This document shows positions 52,975 to 64,000 of a DNA stretch of 64,000 bases, piece after piece. This stretch comes from Octopus sinensis (taxonomy: Eukaryota): contig NC_043001.1 of the NCBI RefSeq assembly GCF_006345805.1, positions 85,994,001 to 86,058,000 on the forward strand. The letters run 5' to 3'. The notes below the pieces were generated by a model. That model searched no databases. It saw only the letters and a list, made by a program, of their open reading frames with translations, and was not told the origin of the DNA. How positions within the stretch are numbered: the first letter of the stretch is position 1; each line of letters opens with the position of its first letter. Made by a program: the position numbers and the translations under genes.

Positions 52975-54280
52975 TATGTTAGCGAGCGAATCTTTACTAA
53001 GTATGTAATATGTTAGCGAGCAAACCTTTACTCAGTTTGTAATATGCTAGCGAGCGAATCTTTACTCAGTTTGTAATATGTTAGCGAGCGAACCTTCACT
53101 CAGTTTGTAATGTTAGCGAGCGAATCTTTACTCAGTTTGTAATGTTAGCGAGCGAATCTTTACTCAGTTTGTAATATGTTAGCGAGCGAATCTTTACTAG
53201 GTATGTAACATGTTAGCGAGCGAACCTTTACTCAGTTTGTAATATGTTAGCGAACGGATCTTTACTCAGTTTGTAATATGTTAGCGAGCGAACCTTCACT
53301 CAGTTTGTAATGTTAGCGAGCGAACTTTTACTCAGTTTGTAATATGTTAGCGAGCGAACCTTTACTCAGTTTGTAATATGTTAGCGAGCGAATCTTTACT
53401 CAGTTTGTAATATATTAGCGAGCGAACCTTCACTCAGTTTGTAATGTTAGCGAGCGAATCTTTACTCAGATTGTAATATATTAGCGAGCGAACCTTCACT
53501 CAGTTTGTAATATGTTAGCGAGCGAACCTTTACTCAGTTTGTAATATGTTAGCGAGCGAACCTTCACTCAGTTTGTAATGTTAGCGAGCGATTCTTTACT
53601 CAGTTTGTAATATATTAGCGAGCGAACCTTCACTCAGTTTGTAATGTTAGCGAGCGAATCTTTACTCAGTTTGTAATATATTAGCGAGCGAACCTTCACT
53701 CAGTTTGTAATGTTAGCGAGCGAATCTTTACTCAGTTTGTAATATGTTAGCGAGCGAACCTTCACTCAGTTTGTAATGTTAGCGAGCGAATCTTTACTCA
53801 GTTTGTAATATGTTAGCGAGCGAATCTTTACTCAGTTTGTAATATGTTAGCGAGCGAACCTTTACTCAGTTTGTAATATGTTAGCGAGCGAACCTTCACT
53901 CAGTTTGTAATGTTAGCCAGCGATTCTTTACTCAGTTTGTAATATGTTAGCGAGCGAATCTTTACTCAGTTTGTAATATGTTAGCGAGCGAACCTTCACT
54001 CAGTTTGTAGTATGTTAGCGAGCGAATCTTTACTCAGTTTGTAATATGTTAGCGAGCGAACCTTTACTCAGTTTGTAATATGTTAACGAGCGAACCTTTA
54101 CTCAGTTTGTAATATGTTAGCGAGCGAACCTTCACTCAGTTTGTAATGTTAGCGAGCGAATCTTTACTCAGTTTGTAATATGTTAGCGAGCGAATCTTTA
54201 TTCGGTTTGTAATATGTTAGCGAGCGAACCTTTACTCAGTTTGTAATATGTTAGCGAGCGAACCTTTACTCAGTTTGTAC
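52975..54280. repeat. Minisatellite of 34/32-bp units, ~40 copies, with older degenerate units at ~51930-52960
   Basis: Unit gttagcgagcgaa(t/c)ctt(t/c)actcagtttgtaat(at); no unique spacers. Confidence 0.95.
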
Positions 54281-54789
54281 TCTGTTGGTGAGTAAGAGTT
54301 TAAATTTTTTATTCACATTTTATATCAAAACTATTTATATTAGTAAAGAGAAACAAAATTCTGATTTGTTTTTATGTATACATAACAGTGAGTAGCAAAG
54401 AGAGTCAGGCTTAAATGTTGTTGCTGCTGTTAATGTTATGTTGTTGTTGTTGTTTAATACTAGCTTTAGACTTTGCAGACTTATGATCACTGCAAAAGCA
54501 TTCTTCCATTCATGTATTCATTTACTTGTTTTTAGTGAAGAGAGTCCGATATACTTTAACAAGGACTACATAATGCATTGTGTCGTTTCTTTCCTTAAAT
54601 TGGTACAGTGTTGTATAAAAGAGATTTGGGTGATGAGCTGAGCAATTTGAACGTCTACTTAAAGACTCCATCACAAATGTTTTTGAACGAGCACATCAAC
54701 TGTACATGAACTTACAGTCGCATGTGACGTGTAAGTCAAATCACGTATGTATGTATGTATGTATGTATGTATGTATGTATGTATGTATA

Positions 54790-54854
<65 letters not shown>

Positions 54855-54899
54855 GTGTGTGTGTGTGGTGTGTGTGTGTATGTGTATGGTGTGTATGTG

Positions 54900-55110
54900 T
54901 GTGCATATGTTTGTGTGTCTGTGTTTATCGCCCCCAACATCGCTTGACAACTTATGCTGGTGTGTTTACGTCCCCGTAACTTAGTGATAGAATAAGTACT
55001 AGGCTTACAAAGAATAAGTCCTGGGGTCGATTTGCTCGACTAAAGGCGGTGCTCCAACATGGCCGCTGTCAAATGACTGAAACAAGTAACAGAGTAAAAG
55101 AGTATAAAAG
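54900..55110 (+). mobile_element. Family B SINE right half after a compound microsatellite
   Basis: tgtttgtgtgtctgtg..ccccaacatcgcttgacaac..ataagtactaggcttacaaagaataagtcctggggtcgatttgctcgactaaaggcggtgctcc. Confidence 0.7.
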
Positions 55111-55264
55111 AGTGTACATAAATACATATATGAATACATGCATATATAGATGCATACATACAATTAAAAGATAAAAGATATGTGTCTATATTTTACTTGT
55201 TTGAGTCATGAGTGCTTGAGTTATAGGAGTCAAAGAACAACACTTGAAATTGACGACAGAGGGA

Positions 55265-55308
<44 letters not shown>

Positions 55309-55511
55309 GTGAGAGAGACGACTGAATTCCACTATGAAATTTCCGTCTACTAAATTCACTCACGTGGCATTGAGCAACCTATGGATTTAGTGGATTTAGT
55401 TGAAGATGCTTGCCCAATGTACTGTACAGTGAGTTAGACGGAACCAGAAATCATGTGGTTGCAAATTGAGCACCTTAACCACAGAGCCATACCTTATATA
55501 TATATGCGTGT

Positions 55512-55545
<34 letters not shown>

Positions 55546-55624
55546 ATACATATACCTATATATATATATATAGATATCTATATTTATACATATATATGTA
55601 CATATATATGTATACATTCATTAA

Positions 55625-55732
<108 letters not shown>

Positions 55733-56082
55733 CATTAAGGTGGCTAATTGCAATTTACAACCGAAAGGCAACAATTATAGCCGACACTAAAGAGGGTGCT
55801 AGTGAGCACCGGCATTGCTATAAAATAAGAGTCAAAATAACTCTTAGCCACTTGAGGGCACTTTCTATTGACTGACAAAGGAGACAAGCTCCCTCCCTGC
55901 AACAACTGAGATGGATTCATATCTTCGTTGATTTCAGATTTGACTAATCTTCATCAGTGATCCCTTACTTCGCCACCGAGGATTAAAGAAGCTAACCCAC
56001 ACTGTCAGCCTCATGAAGGACACCATAAGAAACATTAACTGATTTTGAAATTGGTGAAGTGAGAATTATGTATACGTATGTA

Positions 56083-56203
<121 letters not shown>

Positions 56204-56206
56204 CAT

Positions 56207-56240
<34 letters not shown>

Positions 56241-56300
56241 AGGGGGACAATTCACAAAAAACAAAGACGAAGACAGGTGGGGTAGACAACAAACAGATGT

Positions 56301-56360
<60 letters not shown>

Positions 56361-56659
56361 AATAATGAAGGGTGAAATTAATTAATTTGGAATAATTATC
56401 AATTACACCAAGTAGTCTTCGGCATGTAAAAGCCTCATTCGAGGAGTGTATTATATATATACGAGATCCGATCAATATAAGTAAAGATAAATATAGATAT
56501 GTTTTTATATATTCATATATATGTACATATATATATATATATATGTATATACACACACGCACACATATATAAAAGATATGGCTCTGTGGTTAAGGAACTA
56601 ACTTTGCAACCACATGATTTCTGGTTCCGTCTCACGCACTGTATAGTACAGTTGCCATA

Positions 56660-56950
56660 GTAACGACACTAAAGTACGCAGTGTAACACTGCCTGGCAAA
56701 GATTGAACTTGACCTCCGTTGTGCATGCGCACTAAATTTTAACGCTCTTGCTCACTCATGCTGTTTACAGCTGAGCTTAGACTGAAGGTGTGCAGCATTT
56801 AATCGCTGCATTGACTATGACAGAGAAAGTTGTTATGGCGACACCTGCTCAGGGATCTCCGCAAAGTTGCAGAAAGTTTATGGAGTGGGGTGCTTGAGCC
56901 GCACACAAGTATGAGTGGTTCAGACGTTTCCAGCATGCCCGAAAAAATGT
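56660..56950 (+). mobile_element. Mariner 5' region / N-terminal HTH remnant
   Basis: atgacagagaaagtt start, then GDTCSGISAKLQKVYGVGCLSRTQV / YEWFRRFQHARKNV, typical of the mariner HTH; no catalytic domain. Confidence 0.55.
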
Positions 56951-57173
56951 CAATATGTGTAGAATGTAATAAAAGGAATTCTGTACAATCTTTGTTCAAC
57001 TCCATTTCTTCCATTCACTAATAATATTAAACTTCAATTATCCGCACCAACGCACGGTTGCAACACCAAATGGTCTTATCTCCAACCGTGCTTTTTTCTG
57101 CTGTGATTTTTGCTACCCAGGTATCGGTTAAACTTTTGAATAATCTGTAACAAGAAAATTCATCTTTCTATTT

Positions 57174-57228
<55 letters not shown>

Positions 57229-57231
<3 letters not shown>

Positions 57232-57812
57232 GGTGGCCCAAATGTAGGTTTGCAGTTATCACGTAAGCACTTTAAATTTCTTTTAAAACATTTTATTTCA
57301 TTTAAATTTCTATATTACAATCATAGTGTTTACGCACATCTTAAAGAAACAATGTTTAATCTCTCAGATGCTCAAAATGTCCGCCTTCAGCATTGCAACG
57401 TTCTTCAAACCTCTTCAGAACATTCTGACACGCAGGGTGGTACAAATCCGACCTCCATCAATTTCAGTGAATGCGTCAGAAGTGTAATATTTTAATTCAT
57501 TTACTGTTTTGGGATTTTTCTCATAACCCTTTTTTCTTTACAACACCCTCCAAAAAGAAATCTGTTGGTATCAGGTCAGGTGAACGTGGTGGGCATTTGA
57601 TGCTGCTCCCTCTTCGAAATCAACGCTGTGGAAAGAAAAGGGAAACTAAAAAGGGAGCTTGACAAAATTAACTAAATTAGCGTAGAATAATGGTTTCATT
57701 AACTGTCTTTTTTATATTTAAGATCTAAACTGTTTTTATAATTAAGATCTAATCTTTTAATATATGAATGCGAAAGTTAAATAACTGTAAACCTACATTT
57801 GGACCAACCCTG
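57229..57812 (-). mobile_element. Internally deleted Tc1/mariner element, DD41D (rosa)-like
   Basis: TIRs cagggtggcccaaatgtaggtttgcagttat / ataactgtaaacctacatttggaccaaccctg with TA flanks. C-terminal remnants PPRSPDLIPTDFFL.G..EKNPKTVNELK..EGGHFEHL. Confidence 0.85.
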
Positions 57813-58750
57813 TATGTATATATATATATATATTATATATATATATATATAATATATATATATATATATACAAATATATATAGATACATATACGCACAAA
57901 TATATATAGATACATATACATATATAGATGCATATATATATATACATAAATATATATATACATATATATGTATATAAATGTACACACACACATATCTATA
58001 TATACATCTAACATACATAAGCAAATGTGGGAGGTACAATGAGAGCCGCACATAATGTGATAATGAGAGAAAATGTTGACATAGGCAAAATATATTGTTT
58101 CATGCATTGTTACTGTGTCAACTGAGATCGCAGTTGACAGGCTCCTGATATTAAATAGTTAACACTTACGGTATGCAAATCAGTAGCCCCAGTTATCTGT
58201 AGCTACCGTATTTCTTGAGCAGAAATAATAATGGTTGTTTGTTGCGCTGAGTTTGATCAAATTAAGATAAACGCCTTTGATAAGAACCTATTAAGGCTCG
58301 AGAATCGATTAAGGTTGTTAAGGTTGTCTGTTATTTCTTCAATCTACTGAGAAACTAGTTAAATATACCCTTTTAATTACAAACTCACACATACACACAG
58401 ACATACATACACACACACACGCATGCACGTATATATATATAAATATGCGTGTGTGCGTGCGTACATATGTGTGAGCATGCATATGTACGCGCTATGCATA
58501 TATGTATATATGCATATGTGTGTAAGTGTATGTGTTTCTGGAGAGAGAGGGAGGAAGAGAGGGGGGAGAGAGAGAAAGAGAGAGAGACAATATATGTTAT
58601 GCTATGTAGTGGGGTTACATTTTACAGTATGGAACATTTTAATGAATACGGTATCGTATATGATATAGTGTGTATGATATCTTATATTTTATATCATTGT
58701 TTATGCCACGCTGTGACATGGGTTAATATGTTATAACATAAGCTCTTACA

Positions 58751-59099
58751 GAGATGTACTTGCATAGCAAGTGACCTGATCGGAGATCGTGTGCTGGAAC
58801 GGAAACAATTGCAGTGAGGAAGGTGTTTATAAGCCATTTAAGAAACACACAAAATCCGTTAGATTCACTTCAACATTTAAATTTTATTTGTCAAAATATT
58901 TTCGTCGCTTTAAGACCGCGATCTGTTCACTGACAATATTCTGTGCTGCATCTGAGACTTTCTCAGATGCAGCACGGAATATTGTCAGTGGCCTCAAAGC
59001 GACGAAAATATTTTGACAAATTAAATTTAAATGTTGAAGTGAATCTAACGGATTTTGTGTGTTTCTTAAATGGCTTATAAAAATCTTCCACGCTGCAAT
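58751..59099. mobile_element. Fold-back element: ~57-bp unpaired tail plus ~290-bp hairpin
   Basis: Arms 58808-~58957 and ~58962-59099 around tctgaga-cttt-ctcaga; family shared with 42829-43000. Confidence 0.85.
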
Positions 59100-59927
59100 A
59101 TAAGCTCTCATATACATCTTTTCTCCTTTCTCTATCATACCAAATTATCACCTCCAAACAGTTTTTTTTTAACTTACATAATGATAGTATTTCATGTTTG
59201 GAAAAATATTTAAAGAAAAATTTAATAAAATTTGATCTATTAATAGTAGAATATATAACTGGAATAAATCAAAATAAGCAGTCTTTGACTAATTGCCGAT
59301 CCGTGTTATCACCGATCAGTTCGTGATAAGCGTACCGTGGTTCGCAATTGGGTGTACCATGTCATCTCGGACCGTTGATGTATGAATCGGTAATAAAGTA
59401 TATAGATGTACTGAACATTTCCCAAAACTTAGCATCCGAAGGTCGAAGGTCAAGTCTACTGCCTGGATATTTAGTGTTCATGAATAAACAACATGTATGT
59501 TGCTATGGTACAGTTGGATACCTATTTAACATAACACCATGTTGATTACTTTAGTATTATATGTTACATAGATAACATATTATCGGTTATATATATGAGA
59601 CAATGCCTGCTGTTATGGCTCAACGTAGATAAGAATATATAAATATACATACACGACACACCCACATAATCATCTGAATGAAGTAAGGTATTATGCTTTG
59701 CTACCTTCAGTGTAGACATGGTTGAATGACTAAGAATTTAGCTACAAGCATTCACGTTCAATTCCACTGCGTTTCATCGTATGTGACTCCTACTATGTTC
59801 ACGATTCATTCAAACTCTTGTAAGTGAAATTCCATCCTCAAAAAAAGGGCTATAGACGACGCTTTTCCTTTCTTTTGACTCTTTAACAATGAGTATGTTG
59901 TTGTTGTTTTTGTTTTAGTAGTAGTCG

Positions 59928-60004
<77 letters not shown>

Positions 60005-60413
60005 AGTGGGGTTGGTTGTAATGGTGATATTACGAAAGTGGCGATTGCAATGGTGAAATTACAAATAGTTGTAGTAGCATAGTTGTTATTGGTTGTGGGG
60101 GGGGGGTGATGATGATGATGATGAGGATGATGATGATTATATTACGTGAATTTGTATTTATGTCGATAGTTAATTTTAAGAACTAACAAGAAATATTATG
60201 AGTAAAAAGTTAATGATAATGTTATACATAAAACAATTCATATATACGTACACATATAAACATATATGTGTGTATATATATAAGCATATAAACATACATG
60301 TATATACATAAATATATACATATGTATATATATATATCTGTGTATGTATATATATTATATAATATATATATTATAATATACATAAATAATATACATATGT
60401 ATATATATATGTG

Positions 60414-60486
<73 letters not shown>

Positions 60487-60487
<1 letters not shown>

Positions 60488-60803
60488 GAACACTCCGTCG
60501 CTTACGACGACGAGAGTCCCAGCTGATACGATCGACGGAATAGCTTGATCGTGAAATTAACGTGCAAGTGGCTGAGCATTCCGCAGACACTGTACCCTTA
60601 ACGTAGCTCTCAGGGAGATTCGGCGTGCCCACAAAGTATGACAAGACTGGCCCTTTGAAATACAGGTACTACACATTTTTGCCAGTTGAGTGCACTGGAG
60701 CTACGCGAGATAAAGTGTCTTGCACAAGGACACAACGCGTCGCCGGGAATTGAACTCACGACCTTTCGATTGTGAGCGGAATGCACTAAGCCACACGCCT
60801 TCA
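60487..60803 (-). mobile_element. SINE with head D, module Y and a different tail
   Basis: Head ggcgtgtggcttagtg..gagttcaattcccggcgacgcgttgtgtccttg..ctccagtgcactcaactggcaaaaatg (as 26335), then module Y (as 52330-52449). Confidence 0.7.
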
Positions 60804-60919
60804 CTATACCTACACACACACACACACACATATATATACATACATACTTACATATATATATATATACATACATACATATATATATATATATATGTGTGTA
60901 TGTGTGTGTGTGTGTGTGT

Positions 60920-61104
60920 GTACCGTTGGGGATTTTTTTCCTCTGTCTTCTCTTCTCTGGATCTTTCCTTCTCCTATGTTTCCGACGAAGAGCTCCGCAC
61001 GAAACGTTAAACCCTCCTTCTTTCCTTCTTTCCTGAGCGTCCAATAATACTATATTTGTTCCACATCCTCGAGTTGTGTTTTTTTTGTGCTTTCTTGTTT
61101 GGAT

Positions 61105-61110
<6 letters not shown>
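60920..61110 (+). mobile_element. Short element with a minimal hammerhead motif (60978-61012)
   Basis: gttt-CCGACGA-a-gagc-tcc-gcac-GAAA-cgt-t-aaac; colinear with 33955-34170. Confidence 0.65.
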
Positions 61111-61143
<33 letters not shown>

Positions 61144-61318
61144 ATAAATATTAGGGATAAATCCAAATTTACAGGAAAAAAATCAGATTTAGGATTAAAT
61201 CCAATTTTTATAGTAAAATATTATAAAATATTATTAGAGACAAAACCACTATTTTGCAAAACAAACAAGGAAAGACTTAATCAATACATAAAATTTTAAT
61301 AAATAGTCAAAAAAACCG

Positions 61319-61361
61319 CCACTACAATCGTTTCTTGTCTTGATCGACAATTTTCAGGTGG
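61319..61361 (-). ncRNA. Type I hammerhead-like motif with one core substitution
   Basis: ccac-CTGAAAA-ttgtc-gatcaa-gacaa-GAAA-c-gatt-gt-a-gtgg. Stems I, II and a short III pair; the core has A in place of G8. Confidence 0.55.
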
Positions 61362-61479
61362 ACTTCCAATCTAAAAAATCAAAATTTTAAAATATAAAAA
61401 TAATAATTTTAAATAATTAAAGTATAAATGAAAAAATATAAGTATATAATCCATATATAACTATATATAATCCATATCG

Positions 61480-63140
61480 AAAATATAGACAAATTACCAC
61501 GAATTCCCTAAAAAAAACATGATAAAACAAAACTCTTAAAAACATATAACGATAAAATCTCCCTTTGCTAAACTCTAAAACAAACCTATATAGTAATCCC
61601 CCTAACCTAAACATTCACACACAAATACACACACGTAAACCACAGACCCACGACTTATACACATACCTATACTAACTTATAAACCTCAATATACACCAAA
61701 ACCACTCCTCCCCACACAGACAAATTAACACATACATCCCAAAACCTAATAACAAACCCATATACACATTCACACACAAACACACACACACACGCAAAAC
61801 ACGCACACACACAGATACATATACTCCCTCACATATACGCATATACATACTCACTAAACTCGACATATACAACCATACTTACACCACACAAAAAATCATT
61901 AAATACATTTATGAGCTTTAACTCACCTTAGCGCTCTAACAAACAACTGCAGTACCCAATCCCATTCTCTATGCCTACCTCACTACTACACTATTCCATT
62001 CACAATTCCAAGCAACGCTAGTCCACCACCCGGTTATTCACGTGCAAAACGAACACCACTCAAAAATTATGAATGAAACAATGTAAAAAAATAACCAACA
62101 TCGAAAATAGACAAATTACCACGAATTACCTAAAAAAAACCATGATAAACCAAAACTCATAAAAGCATATAACGATAAAATCTCCCTTGCTAAACCCTAT
62201 AACAAACTTATATAGCAATCCCCCTAACCTAAACATTCACACACAAATACACACACGTAAACCACAGACCAAGACTTATACACAAACCTATACTAACTTA
62301 TAAACCTCAATATACACCAAAACCCACTCCCTCCCACACAGACAAATTAACACATACATCCCAAAACCTAAATAACAAACCCATATACACATTCACACAC
62401 AAACACACACACACACGCAAAACACGCACACACAACAGATACATATACTCCCTCACATATACGCATATACATACTCACTAAACTCGACATATACAACCAT
62501 ACTTACACACCCACAAAAATCATTAAATACATTTATGAGCTTTAACTCACCTTAGCAGCTCTAACAAACAACTTGCAGTAACCCAATCCCATTCTCTATG
62601 CCTACCTCACTACTACACTATTCCATTCACAATTCCAAGCAACGCTAGTCCACCACCCGGTTATTCACGTGGCAAAACGAACACCACTCAAAAATTATGA
62701 ATGAAACAATGTAAAAAAATAACCAACATCGAAAATAGACAAATTACCACGAATTACCTAAAAAAAACCATGATAAACCAAAACTCATAAAAGCATATAA
62801 CGATAAAATCTCCCTTTGCTAAACCCTATAACAAACTTATATAGCAATCCCCCTAACCTAAACATTCACACACAAATACACACACGTAAACCACAGACCC
62901 AAGACTTATACACAAACCTATACTAACTTATAAACCTCAAAATACACCAAAACCCACTCCCTCCCACACAGACAAATTAACACATACATCCCAAAACCTA
63001 AATAACAAACCCAAATACACATTCACACACAAACACACACACACGCAAAACACACACACACAACAGATACATATACTCCCTCACATATACGCATATACAT
63101 ACTCACTAAACTCGATATATACAACATTTACACACCCACA
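61480..63140. repeat. ~625-bp tandem repeat, 2.6 copies, strongly G-poor on +
   Basis: gacaaattaccacgaa recurs at 61488, 62110 and 62738; the unit's 3' block recurs at ~63540-63672. Confidence 0.9.
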
Positions 63141-64000
63141 CTCATACAGATAAATAAATTAATTATACAACTAAAAACTCACAACCAATCTCATATACAT
63201 AAACACTCCTATGAAAACAACATAAATACATCGTAATTAACCAGAATATCAAAAATAACAATATGACATAAGGATAAATCAAATACATACTTACAATTCA
63301 GTTACAAATTATGAAGTGAAATTAAATTCTTAGCCGTTAAAAAACCAAACAAAATTACGTTACCATAGAAATAACTTATGTAAAAAAAGAATACGCGCCA
63401 TAGAAAGTAAACGTCATTCAAAATATGAATGGAGAAATAATAAATGGAACTAAAAACTATATCCACGTAGCAAACCAACGCTACTTAAAAAAATTTATTA
63501 TGAATGGATTCTTTAAAAACTACCATGAAAAATTATATACATTATGAGCTTTAGCTCACCCTAGCAGCTCTAACAAACAACTTACAGTAACCCATAACTA
63601 TTCTCGATGCATACCTCACTACCACACTAATCCATTCACAATTCCAAGCAACGCTAGTCCACCACCCGGTTACAATCCCAACTCCACCAATCATTCACAA
63701 TTTAAACGACGTTCCCTTCCACATACTCTACATATAAGCCTCAACATATACACGGAGATACACTTACACATCCGTGCGGATGGGTGAGAGTATACATTAA
63801 GTGTAGTGATGGGGCTCCCATTTCTAAACAATTTGTACCTGTGTGGTAGTCTCCATGTATATTCACGCACGGGTATAAATGCAGGGGGTACTCGCTCACT
63901 TCATTTGCGTGTACCCCTCACATGTACATATGCATACTATTTGGCTCGATATATGCAACAATGTAATCGCGCCCGTGTGTGTGAGCATTCACTGGTTGTG

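Noticed and set aside
52975-54280. CRISPR-like array
   Set aside because: Units are contiguous with no unique spacers, there are no cas genes, and the context is eukaryotic.
54536-54602. Possible short host exon (EESPIYFNKDYIMHCVVSFLKL) between an AG acceptor and a GT donor
   Set aside because: Weak donor, no recognisable homology and no partner exons; needs RNA-seq.
56405-56445. Degenerate hammerhead on minus (cgaatga-ggc..gcc-gaag)
   Set aside because: Both core halves are mutated; it cannot be distinguished from chance without a family consensus.

Overview
AT-rich, microsatellite-saturated animal DNA, intergenic or intronic. I found no supportable host protein-coding gene, rRNA, true tRNA gene or CRISPR array. 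Most ORF-track entries are translations of simple repeats. The SINE families and the (TA)n/(GATA)n/(TACA)n/(TAT)n load suggest a coleoid cephalopod such as Octopus (inference only). The window is a transposon graveyard. DNA transposons: two full-length decayed mariners, an internally deleted mariner, a mariner N-terminal remnant, a DD41D/rosa-like and a DD37D/maT-like derivative, and several MITEs. LINEs: three R4/Dong-type RLE 3' fragments in (TAA)n, three Tx1/L1-type fragments and two CR1-type 3' ends. Penelope-like elements (PLE): two decayed RT+GIY-YIG elements from different lineages, one with a 5' inversion. It also holds more than 25 tRNA-headed SINE copies with shuffled modules, a 34/32-bp minisatellite and a ~625-bp tandem repeat. 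Most notable are five minimal hammerhead-ribozyme motifs (one with an intact core), families of fold-back elements with an unpaired tail and a fixed arm end, microsatellite-targeted LINE insertions, combinatorial SINE head/tail swapping, and a near-perfect inverted duplication of a transposon end centred on (TA)n. All calls come from manual reading and translation. Clade names rest on remembered motifs, and approximate boundaries may be off by tens of bases.
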